From IMG/VR virus record IMGVR_UViG_3300025389_001063: 64,000 bases of DNA; one strand, given 5' to 3'. Source of the DNA: a virus. Taxonomy: Duplodnaviria; Caudoviricetes. The notes under the pieces are model-generated. The model was not told where the DNA came from. It made no database searches and saw only the letters and a list, made by a program, of their open reading frames with translations. This document shows positions 37,282 to 46,482 of the stretch, one piece after another. The number at the start of each line of letters is the position of its first letter. Position 1 is the stretch's first letter. The position numbers were made by a program, and so were the translations under genes.

Positions 37282-37866
37282 ATGGCAAGAACTAAAGAAC
37301 TCGATTTACCAGACTTATCATCAACATTATCTCTAGAAGATCATGGGATTTTCTTACTTTATGACGAAATCACTAGTGCCAATACTAGTGATGCTATTGA
37401 GTTCATTTTAAAAAAATGTCTAATGCCCGTAAAAAATCGTCCAAAGAATTTAACTATTATAATCAATAGTATGGGAGGAGACGTAACTTCCGCTTTCGCA
37501 CTCATTGATATAATGCTAGGCAGCAAAATACCAGTACATACACTAGGACTTGGACAAATTAGTTCTGCTGGATTGCTTATTTTTATGGCTGGTGCTAAAG
37601 GAAGTAGAACACTTACTCCAAATACTAGTATATTAAGCCATCAATTTAGTTGGGGAACTGAAGGTAAAGAACACGAACTTCTAGCCGCAGTTAAAGAATA
37701 TAATTTAACAAGTAAGCGTATGCTTAATCATTATAAAGCATGTACTGGACTAACAGATGCTAAAATCAAAAAAATCCTAATGCCTAGTTCAGACGTTTAT
37801 CTAGATTCACAAGAAGCAATAGAATATAATATCGCAGATAAAGTAGTTTCCACATATCTTCCATGA
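37282..37866 (+). CDS. Divergent ClpP-like serine protease
   Basis: IINSMGGDV, GQISSAG (Ser), SHQ (His) and SDVYLDSQEAIEYNIAD (Asp). Confidence 0.85.
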   Translation: MARTKELDLPDLSSTLSLEDHGIFLLYDEITSANTSDAIEFILKKCLMPVKNRPKNLTIIINSMGGDVTSAFALIDIMLGSKIPVHTLGLGQISSAGLLIFMAGAKGSRTLTPNTSILSHQFSWGTEGKEHELLAAVKEYNLTSKRMLNHYKACTGLTDAKIKKILMPSSDVYLDSQEAIEYNIADKVVSTYLP

Positions 37867-37890
37867 TAAGTAGTTGCCAAGGAGGTTCCT

Positions 37891-38688
37891 ATGGCAAGTA
37901 TTCTATCATATACACTACCTATATTCGCAAAAATATTACCAAATCCACATCAGGTCTTTAAGGATGAACCATATGGTGACAAGCCCGGGCAGACTGCTGA
38001 TTGTTATTTTCTTAAGAAGAATAATGGATCTAATCCTACAATAATTTTCATACACGGCGGAGGATGGGGAGCAGGTGATAAATCTGCTTACGAAGGAAGA
38101 GCAAAGAAATATGGACTTGCTGGATTTAATGTTATATCATTAAACTATACTTTAGCAACACCAGACACTTCTACACATTGGGATGCTCAATTACAAGATG
38201 TACGAGCAGCATTAAATTGGGTTAAGAGTAATGCTCAAAAATGGGGCATTGATCCGTACAAGATTGCTGTAGGCGGTGATTCAGCGGGTGGACATCTTGC
38301 TCTTTGGCTCGGGTTAGAACCAGGCGTTAAAGCAGTTCTTAACATGTTTGGACCTTGCGATTTAACACAACCACAAATGGCACAGGTTATGGCTGGACTA
38401 GATGTATTTGGACATCAGACTTATGAACAGAATCCACAACTCTATATAGATGCTAGTCCAATTTTTAAAATGACTGGAGGTTATCCTCCAACATACATTG
38501 TCCATTCTACAGATGATGCTATTGTTCCATATGTTGAGGCACAGACTTTGGTTAATAAGTTAACACAACTATCAGTCTATAATATACTTCTAACATATGT
38601 TGGTGGACATGATCTTAGCAAAGTTCCATCTTACAAAGTAACTTGGCTTGAACTTAAAGGATTGTGGTTCCTTCTAGGACAAGTTTAA
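37891..38688 (+). CDS. Alpha/beta hydrolase (HSL-like esterase)
   Basis: HGGGW, GDSAGGHL, HSTDDAIVP and GGH motifs. Confidence 0.85.
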   Translation: MASILSYTLPIFAKILPNPHQVFKDEPYGDKPGQTADCYFLKKNNGSNPTIIFIHGGGWGAGDKSAYEGRAKKYGLAGFNVISLNYTLATPDTSTHWDAQLQDVRAALNWVKSNAQKWGIDPYKIAVGGDSAGGHLALWLGLEPGVKAVLNMFGPCDLTQPQMAQVMAGLDVFGHQTYEQNPQLYIDASPIFKMTGGYPPTYIVHSTDDAIVPYVEAQTLVNKLTQLSVYNILLTYVGGHDLSKVPSYKVTWLELKGLWFLLGQV

Positions 38689-38728
38689 TCAAGGTTGACT
38701 ACTATAGCAGTGATGCTATAGTAGTTTT

Positions 38729-38965
38729 ATGTTTATAACAGAATCACCTAAAACAAAGTTTGTCAAAATGACAGATAAAGATCCACGATGGATTCAATCT
38801 GATGGGTTAGCATGGTATGAGCGTGCCTGTTTAGAAGTTAGTCCAGAATGTCCTAGTGAGGTGGTCTTTATACTTCAAAACGCTATGAGTAAAGGATGGA
38901 TTACTCAATCTGTTTATGTTCCAGAAAAGACGCTAATGTGGGAAACCCTAGGAGGTTCAAAGTGA
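38729..38965 (+). CDS. Hypothetical protein
   Basis: ORF after an early promoter. Confidence 0.55.
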   Translation: MFITESPKTKFVKMTDKDPRWIQSDGLAWYERACLEVSPECPSEVVFILQNAMSKGWITQSVYVPEKTLMWETLGGSK

Positions 38966-39372
38966 GTTTTCATTTAGTCGGCCCATATCTTACTACTACC
39001 AAATATAACAGCAAGAAGAAAAAGAGCAATAGTAAGAAACTTGCCCAAGCCACAGCCGAACATGATAAGTGGCTTATGGACCGTGGTCTTCATCCTAGCC
39101 AGCGTAACCTACAGAAAGCCTTTAAGGGCAAATATAAGGCAGCATTACCTGATCTTAAAGTAGAGAGTAACTATCCACTTTCTAATGTTATTGAGGCCAA
39201 TGGCTTTAGACGCGGCGTCATGCATAATCTACATAAAGAAAATGCTGCTACTCAGCAGGCTATTTTAGACAAGGCTAAACTAGTTGATCAGGCTTATAAC
39301 AAGGGTCCATTTATGGTTATGAGTAAAAGTGATGACCCCACAAAAAGTGGTAGTAAAAGTCGCCGTGGCTAA
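38896..39372 (+). CDS. Basic hypothetical protein (true start probably about 38961)
   Basis: Lys-rich; ends AYNKGP...GSKSRRG. Confidence 0.55.
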   Translation: MDYSICLCSRKDANVGNPRRFKVSFHLVGPYLTTTKYNSKKKKSNSKKLAQATAEHDKWLMDRGLHPSQRNLQKAFKGKYKAALPDLKVESNYPLSNVIEANGFRRGVMHNLHKENAATQQAILDKAKLVDQAYNKGPFMVMSKSDDPTKSGSKSRRG

Positions 39373-39402
39373 GATAAATAATAGAAAGAAGGATACCGAA
39401 CC

Positions 39403-40095
39403 ATGGCATCAGGATTTTCAAATTCACAAGATCAATTAACACCTACATACTATCGTGTGTATATCAATTTAAGTGGTTACTCATCAACTGCTACTTCTAC
39501 AGCATCGGGAGCAGTTGAGCCATTTGATTACGATAGTTTTGCTACACTTAATACTACAACAAATAACTCAATACGTCGTGCTAGAGGAAACATTCGTTGG
39601 AATGCTATTCTTAACCAACTTCAACTATTTTCAAACTGTGAAATCCTAGACGTTACTGCCACAACGGCTGGTCCAGCGTTTGAAACAGCAGCAGATGATG
39701 TTGCTACTGCACTTGCTTTTACAGTTGGATATTATCAAGAAGAATACATTTACAATGGCTGGTTAAAACTAACTGGTGGTGCTGTTCTAAGTGACGGAGC
39801 AACTCCACTAGATGGTCGTCCTTGGGAACAACTTTCAAGATCATATCAAGCATCTAATATAGCAGCCGCTATTCAAGAAGCAGTAACAAGAGGTATTACA
39901 CTTGGTAGTTCAAGTGGTTATACTCGTCGTTATAGAACACTTGATGTTTTTAGCTCAGGTGGATATGAGCAGAGAGATCTCGATGTTACAATAACACAAC
40001 CAGATACTCCTGCTAACATTTGGGCAACTATTACATCATGTAGTGTTATTGAATCAATGACTCAGGAAACAATAGATACTGCGTCAGATACGTAA
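39403..40095 (+). CDS. Probable virion structural protein
   Basis: Late promoter; Thr/Ser/Ala-rich; RRARGNIRWNAI motif. Confidence 0.6.
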   Translation: MASGFSNSQDQLTPTYYRVYINLSGYSSTATSTASGAVEPFDYDSFATLNTTTNNSIRRARGNIRWNAILNQLQLFSNCEILDVTATTAGPAFETAADDVATALAFTVGYYQEEYIYNGWLKLTGGAVLSDGATPLDGRPWEQLSRSYQASNIAAAIQEAVTRGITLGSSSGYTRRYRTLDVFSSGGYEQRDLDVTITQPDTPANIWATITSCSVIESMTQETIDTASDT

Positions 40096-40109
40096 GGTAG
40101 AATAAAGAA

Positions 40110-41453
40110 TTGTTTTTCGCATTAATAACGCTGCTGACTGCTTTGGTAATCAGCAGCGTCGCTATTTACTACTCAGTTTCTGGACTTGCTGCTATCTTCG
40201 CAGCATCAGCAATACCTATTATTATAATGGGTATGAGTTTAGAAATTGGCAAACTTGTAACTGCTGTTTGGTTACATAAGAATTGGAATTCTGCCCCTAA
40301 GATATTACGAACATATTTTATGATTGCTACATTGGTTCTAATGTTTATTACATCAATGGGTATCTTTGGTTTTTTATCAAGAGCACATATTGAACAATCA
40401 GCACCAATTGGAGATATTGCTGCTCAGATTGAAATGATTGACGCAAAGATACAAACTAAAAAAGAAGAAATTACTAACGCTCAAACAACTATTAAAGGCT
40501 TAGATGAAGTTGTTAATCAATATCTAACAAAAGGTACAGACGTTAAATCAGTAACAAGTGCTAATAGTGCTCGTAAACAGAATTCAGGTGAGCGTAACAA
40601 ATTACAAAAACAAATTGATCAAGTACAAAAGGATATTGCTAAACTCAACGAAGAGAAGTTTCCGTTAAGTCAAAAGATTCGCAAAGCAGAAGCAGAAGTT
40701 GGACCTATCAAGTATATTGCTCAAATGATTTATGGAGATAATCCAGATAAGAATCTATTAGAAAAAGCAGTAACATGGATGATATTTGTTATTATCTTTG
40801 TATTTGATCCACTTGCTGTTCTACTGCTTATAGCAAGTCAAATCGGGTTTGAACAAGCAAGCGAACATAAGAAGTTTGTAAAGGCAGAAGCAGAACGTGC
40901 TAAACGTGAAGCAGAGGAAGAAATTGAACGTATTAAACGTGAAAAAGAAGAGAAAGCAGAACGTAAACGTAAAGAAGTTGCTGCTGAAGAAGAACGTCAA
41001 AGATTAGAAGAAGAAGCCGTTGCTGAACGTAAACGTATTGATGCTGAATTAAGAGCAGAACGTAAACGTCAAGAAGCAGAAATAGAAATGAAACGTCTAG
41101 AAGCAGAAGCAGAAGTTTCTCGCTTAAAGATTGCTGCTGAAGAAGCAGAGCGTAGACGTATTGAAGAAGAATCAAATGCTCGTAAGATTTTAGAACAAGA
41201 AATAGAACTTGCTAAAGAGATTGTTGAAAAGCCAGTTAGAAAGCCAAGAGTTAAAAAAGAACCAGTAATAAAAACTCCAGAACAACTTGCAGAAGAAGTT
41301 ACTAACGATCTTGATGCTTGGAATAAAATGATTGAAGAAGCAGAAAAGGCAGTAGCAGAAGAAAAAGTTCTCAAAGAAGTTACCTTGCCTAAAAAAAAAG
41401 AAAACTTTATAAAAAAAGAGGGAAATCGTCAGATCAAAGTAGAGAAGAAGTAA
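40110..41453 (+). CDS. Membrane protein with a long charged coiled-coil
   Basis: N-terminal TM helices, GFLSRAH, EAEVGPIKYIA, VFDPLAVLLL and E/R/K-rich repeats. Confidence 0.75.
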   Translation: MFFALITLLTALVISSVAIYYSVSGLAAIFAASAIPIIIMGMSLEIGKLVTAVWLHKNWNSAPKILRTYFMIATLVLMFITSMGIFGFLSRAHIEQSAPIGDIAAQIEMIDAKIQTKKEEITNAQTTIKGLDEVVNQYLTKGTDVKSVTSANSARKQNSGERNKLQKQIDQVQKDIAKLNEEKFPLSQKIRKAEAEVGPIKYIAQMIYGDNPDKNLLEKAVTWMIFVIIFVFDPLAVLLLIASQIGFEQASEHKKFVKAEAERAKREAEEEIERIKREKEEKAERKRKEVAAEEERQRLEEEAVAERKRIDAELRAERKRQEAEIEMKRLEAEAEVSRLKIAAEEAERRRIEEESNARKILEQEIELAKEIVEKPVRKPRVKKEPVIKTPEQLAEEVTNDLDAWNKMIEEAEKAVAEEKVLKEVTLPKKKENFIKKEGNRQIKVEKK

Positions 41454-41491
41454 TTGATAATTTAAAAGATAGAATTTATAGATCAAAAAAA

Positions 41492-41695
41492 TTGTTCAGA
41501 CCTATGGATTTTCTTTTTAATGAATATCAATTAAATCGATTTGCTGATATAGATTTAACAAATCAAGATCTATCAAATCCAGAGATGTTAAGACTAATTA
41601 AGTATGTTGATTCTATACAAGCAAAAGAAATACAATTTGAAGATATGCCGGCAAAGTATAGACAAATGTTAGCGGATTTAATTTACAGTGTCTAA
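41492..41695 (+). CDS. Hypothetical protein
   Basis: Short ORF; start uncertain. Confidence 0.4.
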   Translation: MFRPMDFLFNEYQLNRFADIDLTNQDLSNPEMLRLIKYVDSIQAKEIQFEDMPAKYRQMLADLIYSV

Positions 41696-42059
41696 AAAAT
41701 TAATAATAGTTACCCCGCCAGATTACTATCATGCAAATGCTACAAGAATATTATTAATCAATCCAACTTCTGAAGAAAAAGAAGAAATTCAAGAATGGCT
41801 TAAGAAACATAATGAATTTGAAATAATTCTATATCTTTATAACAATAATCATGATATAATTTGGCTTCTCAATAAATTAGAAATATCAGATTCAGTTTAT
41901 TTTAATGTTGACAACAGTGAAGATATTTCATATTATTATAGTAGTTACATAATATCTTTCCCAAAAGTAACTTTCAAAACAAAATTTGATTATTCTATAA
42001 TCAACAATGACAAGGTGGAAAAAATCGATGAGTTTATTCAACGACAACATGTGGGTTAA
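41688..42059 (+). CDS. Hypothetical protein
   Basis: IIVTPPD motif. Confidence 0.55.
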   Translation: MSKKLIIVTPPDYYHANATRILLINPTSEEKEEIQEWLKKHNEFEIILYLYNNNHDIIWLLNKLEISDSVYFNVDNSEDISYYYSSYIISFPKVTFKTKFDYSIINNDKVEKIDEFIQRQHVG

Positions 42060-42288
42060 CGATAATAACACTGGTCGTCTTTTTAAGGGCACCAAAATAT
42101 ATGTTAAAAACAATGACGTAAACAAAGCATTACGTAAATTTAAAAAGAGACTCCAAGATGAGGGTTGGTTTAATGAATTACGTAAAAGAGAACATTATGT
42201 CTCTAGAGGCGAGAAAAAAAGAAAGAAGCTTGCTGCTGCTATGAGTAGAGATCGTAAACGTATTTCTCAATGGTTACGTGATAACTGA
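42028..42288 (+). CDS. rpsU: Ribosomal protein bS21
   Basis: VKNNDVNKALRKFKKR...ELRKREHYVSRGEKKRKK. Confidence 0.88.
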   Translation: MSLFNDNMWVNDNNTGRLFKGTKIYVKNNDVNKALRKFKKRLQDEGWFNELRKREHYVSRGEKKRKKLAAAMSRDRKRISQWLRDN

Positions 42289-42358
42289 AAATTAATATTA
42301 TGAATATAATTAAATCATTATCTTGTAATTTAATGATTTAATTATTATATATAAGTAT

Positions 42359-42421
42359 ATCTGCTACGTTGCTCTAGTAGAATGTAGTAGATTTCTTGCT
42401 TAACAAAGGAGAAAACACATG
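42359..42421 (+). promoter_or_regulatory. ROSE-like RNA thermometer in the dnaK leader
   Basis: A 12-bp 5' hairpin, then UCUU(G)CU pairing with the AGGAGA SD. Confidence 0.55.
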
Positions 42422-44320
42422 GCAAAGATAATCGGTATTGACCTCGGAACCACCAATAGCTGCGTTGCAGTTTTAGAAAACGGAACCCCCAAAGTAATTG
42501 AAAACGCAGAAGGTGCTAGAACAACACCAAGTATTGTTGGCTATGCTGACGATGGTGAAGTTCTAATCGGTCAACCAGCAAAGCGTCAAGCAGTAACTAA
42601 TCCAACTAACACAATTTATGCTGCTAAACGTTTCATCGGACGTCGCTTCAAAGAAGATGCTGTCCAAAAAGAAGTAAAGAATGCTCCATATAAAGTTGTG
42701 GAAGCAAAAAGTGGTGATGCGTGGATTAACGCAGGTGGCAAAGACATGGCACCTCAGCAGATATCAGCGGAAGTCCTTCGCAAAATGAAAAAGACTGCTG
42801 AAGACTATCTCGGTTATTCTGTTACAGAAGCAGTTATCACAGTTCCTGCTTACTTTAACGATGCCCAACGTCAAGCAACTAAGGACGCTGGTAAGATCGC
42901 AGGGCTTGAGGTAAAGCGTATCATCAACGAACCAACTGCTGCTGCTCTTGCATTTGGATGTGATAAGAGTGATAAGAAGGATCGTAAGGTAGCAGTATAC
43001 GATCTCGGTGGTGGTACATTTGATATTAGTATAATTGATATCGCTGACACCGACGGTGATAAGCAGTTTGAGGTTCTATCCACAAACGGTGATACACATC
43101 TCGGTGGTGAAGACTTTGACCAAAGAGTCATTGATTACCTTGTAGACGAATTTAAAAAGGAACAAGGCATTGATCTAAAGAAGGACACTATGGCTATTCA
43201 GCGTCTTAAAGAGGCTGCTGAAAAGGCAAAGATTGAGTTATCATCGGCAACTCAAACTGATGTCAATCTTCCTTATATCACTGCTGATGCTTCTGGACCT
43301 AAGCATTTGACGGTCAAAATCACCCGTTCAAAGTTTGAGGCGCTTGTGGAGGATTTGGTTCAGCGCTCTATTGCGCCATGTCAAATCGCCCTTAAAGACG
43401 CAGGTCTTAAGGCTACTGATATCGACGATGTGATATTAGTAGGCGGGCAAACTCGAATGCCAATGGTTCAAGAAGCAGTTGAAAAGTTCTTCGGTAAAGC
43501 ACCACGTAAGGATGTGAATCCAGATGAAGCAGTTGCCGTTGGTGCTGCTATCCAAGGTGCAGTATTAGGAGGTGATAAGAATGACGTATTATTACTTGAC
43601 GTTACTCCGTTGTCACTTGGTATTGAGACAATGGGAGGTGTCTTTACAAAACTCATTGACAAAAATACAACTATTCCTACTAAGAAGAGCCAAGTCTTCT
43701 CAACTGCTGAAGACAATCAGCCTGCCGTTACTATTAAGGTTGGACAGGGTGAAAGAGAACTTTTCGAGTATAATAAGTTACTTGGACTTTTTAATCTCGA
43801 AGGTATTGCTCCTGCTCGTCGTGGTATTCCACAAATTGAAGTTACATTCGATGTGGATGCTAACGGTATTCTTAGTGTTTCTGCAAAAGATAAGGGAACA
43901 GGTAAAGAACAAAAAATCACTATTCAAGCGAATGGTGGTTTAACTGAGGCTGAAATTGACCAAATGGTTAAAGATGCCGAAGCGAATGCCGCAGAGGATC
44001 ATAAGAGAAGGGAGCTCATAGATGCTCGCAACAATGCAGATGCTAATGTAGCAAATATTCGCAGAGAACTTGAAGAGCATGGCGACAAAATATCTGCTGA
44101 TGATAAGCAGAAAATCGAAGATGTTCTTAAGGATGCAGAGGAAACTATCAAGGGAGAAGATAAAGAAGCTATTGATAAGGCTACACAGAAAATCTTCGAA
44201 GTTGCCGGTCCTCTATTCGCCGCCGCACAAGCAGCAAAACAAGAAGAACAATCAAGTAATAGCGACCCTGAAGTAAATCCAGATGTTGTTGACGCTGAAT
44301 TTACCGAAGTAAAAGAGTAA
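42419..44320 (+). CDS. dnaK: Hsp70 chaperone DnaK
   Basis: [25 protein letters not shown] and a C-terminal DAEFTEV. Confidence 0.98.
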   Translation: MAKIIGIDLGTTNSCVAVLENGTPKVIENAEGARTTPSIVGYADDGEVLIGQPAKRQAVTNPTNTIYAAKRFIGRRFKEDAVQKEVKNAPYKVVEAKSGDAWINAGGKDMAPQQISAEVLRKMKKTAEDYLGYSVTEAVITVPAYFNDAQRQATKDAGKIAGLEVKRIINEPTAAALAFGCDKSDKKDRKVAVYDLGGGTFDISIIDIADTDGDKQFEVLSTNGDTHLGGEDFDQRVIDYLVDEFKKEQGIDLKKDTMAIQRLKEAAEKAKIELSSATQTDVNLPYITADASGPKHLTVKITRSKFEALVEDLVQRSIAPCQIALKDAGLKATDIDDVILVGGQTRMPMVQEAVEKFFGKAPRKDVNPDEAVAVGAAIQGAVLGGDKNDVLLLDVTPLSLGIETMGGVFTKLIDKNTTIPTKKSQVFSTAEDNQPAVTIKVGQGERELFEYNKLLGLFNLEGIAPARRGIPQIEVTFDVDANGILSVSAKDKGTGKEQKITIQANGGLTEAEIDQMVKDAEANAAEDHKRRELIDARNNADANVANIRRELEEHGDKISADDKQKIEDVLKDAEETIKGEDKEAIDKATQKIFEVAGPLFAAAQAAKQEEQSSNSDPEVNPDVVDAEFTEVKE

Positions 44321-44362
44321 AACTCTTGACAAATTGTAGTTTAAGTACTACATAATAAATAG

Positions 44363-44445
44363 TTGAGCGGGATTGCCAAATGGGGTTCCGCTCAATATAC
44401 CGAAAGGTAAACAAAATCTTGCTTAATAAAGGAGATAAGAAGATG
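44363..44445 (+). promoter_or_regulatory. ROSE-like RNA thermometer in the sHSP leader
   Basis: Hairpins TTGAGCGG/CCGCTCAA and TACC-GAAA-GGTA, then UCUU(G)CU-UAAUAA-AGGAGA. Confidence 0.65.
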
Positions 44446-44868
44446 AATCAGACATTAAATTATGCCCCACTTACACGATTTGCTGTAGGTTTTGAAGATT
44501 TATTCAGAGAAATGGATAAACTTCACCTTAACAACACAAATGCAGCATATCCTCCATACAATATCGTAAGTATCGATGAGGATCGATTTTTAATCGAAAT
44601 TGCTGTAGCAGGCTTTGCAGAAGACGAGTTAGATATTACTCTAGAAAGAGGTCAACTTGTTATAACAGGCAATAAATCAGAAGATGAGGAACCTCGCAAT
44701 TTTGTTCATCGAGGCATTGCAACAAGAAATTTCACAAGAAATTTCCGATTAGCAAACTTTATCGAAGTTAATAATGCGAGCCTTAAAAATGGTCTTCTTG
44801 TAATAGAATTAAAAAGACTTATTCCTGAAGAAATGAAGCCTAAGAAAATTGCAATCGCTCATAAGTGA
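44443..44868 (+). CDS. Small heat-shock protein (Hsp20/IbpA-like)
   Basis: YPPYNI, IEIAVAGF, HRGIATRNF and NGLLVIEL motifs. Start ATG 44443. Confidence 0.93.
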   Translation: MNQTLNYAPLTRFAVGFEDLFREMDKLHLNNTNAAYPPYNIVSIDEDRFLIEIAVAGFAEDELDITLERGQLVITGNKSEDEEPRNFVHRGIATRNFTRNFRLANFIEVNNASLKNGLLVIELKRLIPEEMKPKKIAIAHK

Positions 44869-44881
44869 TTGTACTATATAA

Positions 44882-44908
44882 GTGTAGGGGCAATACCGTC
44901 CCCTACAC
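44882..44908 (+). terminator. Terminator-like hairpin
   Basis: GTGTAGGGG / CCCCTACAC stem without a clear T-run. Confidence 0.5.
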
Positions 44909-44921
44909 TGATAAATATAAA

Positions 44922-45236
44922 ATGGTGAAAAATATAATGACTGTTGTTGATCCTGTTGCTGTAGAAAAAACCAAGTTAAAAATTGAAGAACCTGGTTTTT
45001 ATAAGGTTATTTTCTTAAATGACAATGTTACTCCTATGGAGTTTGTTGTTGAGATATTACAGAAAATCTTTAAACATGACTTAGAAACTAGCCAGAAGAT
45101 TATGCTAACTGTACACACCGAAGGATCTGCTGTAGCTGGTGTCTATACATATGAAATAGCCGAACAGAAAGGTGTTGAAAGTACTGTTCTTGCTCGAAAT
45201 AATGGATTTCCTCTTCAAGTAAAAGTTGAAAAATAA
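44922..45236 (+). CDS. clpS: N-degron adaptor ClpS
   Basis: YKVIFLNDNVTPMEFVV, MLTVHTEGSAVAG and FPLQVKVE motifs. Confidence 0.93.
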   Translation: MVKNIMTVVDPVAVEKTKLKIEEPGFYKVIFLNDNVTPMEFVVEILQKIFKHDLETSQKIMLTVHTEGSAVAGVYTYEIAEQKGVESTVLARNNGFPLQVKVEK

Positions 45237-45799
45237 TGAGTTTGAGAGAACTTACATTTGAAAGGCATAAAATTGCCGAAAGGCAAGAATTTGTAAAAGT
45301 TCTTTTCTCTGGAAATATTAATCCATTGTTTTATGCAACATTTCTAAAAAATCAACATCCTATGTATGAGTTTTTAGAAGTTAATGCAGATATAAATCGT
45401 GTCACAGAAGGACTTTTTGATTATCACAGATCTTTCAAAATTCTAGAAGATTATTTAGAACTTTGGCCAGATGATGAAGATAACAAACCAACTATCCTTC
45501 CTGTAGTAAAAGATTACCTAGATCATATTAAACATCTTTCTGCTACTGAACCTAGATTATTAATGGCTCATATCTACGTAAGACATATGGGAGACTTAGC
45601 AGGTGGACAAATGATTGCTAAAAAAGTTCCAGGATCTGGAAAATTTTATCAATTTAAAGATCCTAATGCACTTAAATTAGCAATCAGAGAAAAACTCGAC
45701 GATTCGTTATCTGAGGAAGCAAATACTTGTTTTGACTTTGCTATTAGAACGTTTAACGAATTAATGCTCTTAGATATACCAAAATATAACAATGAGTAA
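45236..45799 (+). CDS. ho1: Heme oxygenase (phage HO1/HemO type)
   Basis: LRELTFERHKIAE (proximal His) and AHIYVRHMGDLAGGQMI. Confidence 0.9.
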   Translation: MSLRELTFERHKIAERQEFVKVLFSGNINPLFYATFLKNQHPMYEFLEVNADINRVTEGLFDYHRSFKILEDYLELWPDDEDNKPTILPVVKDYLDHIKHLSATEPRLLMAHIYVRHMGDLAGGQMIAKKVPGSGKFYQFKDPNALKLAIREKLDDSLSEEANTCFDFAIRTFNELMLLDIPKYNNE

Positions 45800-46472
45800 T
45801 GTTTGGCCCCGTCTTATAGAGATTCAAGATCTCTTCATAGATAAACTTAATAAAACAGGTTTAGAAATATTCGAACCAGGGATGGATCGATTTAATCAAC
45901 CTGGTTGGGTTAATAGAGTTTGGGGTAGTAGAAATTATCGTCGTGCTCATGTTGATGTTGTAGATGCTCGCGAAACTAAAGGGCTGTGGATGATGCATTG
46001 CTGTATCTTTCCACATGTTGATAATAATGCTCCTATCTTTGGATATGATGTTGTAGCAGGTAAGAATAAGATCACAGGATGTTTCCATGATTTTTCAATT
46101 ACAGATGATCCTAGTCATCCCTTAATAGAATGGTTTGGAAATGAAGTTAGTAAACTAACATGGCGTAAAAAAAGAGATCTTCCAGATTGGGCACAGCGCA
46201 TCTTTAGTGAACACATGATTGCTGCTGGTAATGTTTCTAAAGAAGATGAATTAGATCAAATCTTTGCTATGATTGAAAAGAATCTTTCACACTATTTAGA
46301 ATGTGTAGGAGAAACAAGCGGTACTACATTTAATAATGCAGAAGAACAAAACTATTACTGCGAAAATCAGAAGCAAAACCCGCATACTCCTAAGGTTATG
46401 TCTAGTTTAGGGCTAGATGAGGAAGATGTGAGAGTGTTCATACAGGACTGTTTGTTCCCTGAAATAGTATAA
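45792..46472 (+). CDS. pcyX: Ferredoxin-dependent bilin reductase (PcyX/PcyA-like)
   Basis: YRRAHVDVVD, LWMMHCCIFP, PIFGYD, FHDFS, WAQRIFS, QNYYCENQKQNPHT motifs; adjacent to heme oxygenase. Confidence 0.8.
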   Translation: MSNVWPRLIEIQDLFIDKLNKTGLEIFEPGMDRFNQPGWVNRVWGSRNYRRAHVDVVDARETKGLWMMHCCIFPHVDNNAPIFGYDVVAGKNKITGCFHDFSITDDPSHPLIEWFGNEVSKLTWRKKRDLPDWAQRIFSEHMIAAGNVSKEDELDQIFAMIEKNLSHYLECVGETSGTTFNNAEEQNYYCENQKQNPHTPKVMSSLGLDEEDVRVFIQDCLFPEIV

Positions 46473-46482
46473 ATATATCATC

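Noticed and set aside
40860-41180. Repeated GCAGAACGTAAACGT-type DNA units
   Set aside because: Explained by the E/R/K-rich coiled-coil coding sequence; not a separate repeat element.
42306-42345. CIRCE/HrcA operator before dnaK
   Set aside because: It does not match TTAGCACTC-N9-GAGTGCTAA; kept only as an unassigned palindrome.
24106-44276. Numerous 60-120 aa alternate-frame or antisense ORFs inside large genes (for example 24106, 29051, 34996, 40933, 42871, 43468, 43572)
   Set aside because: They are shadow frames of strongly codon-biased genes, with no independent start signals or recognisable motifs.
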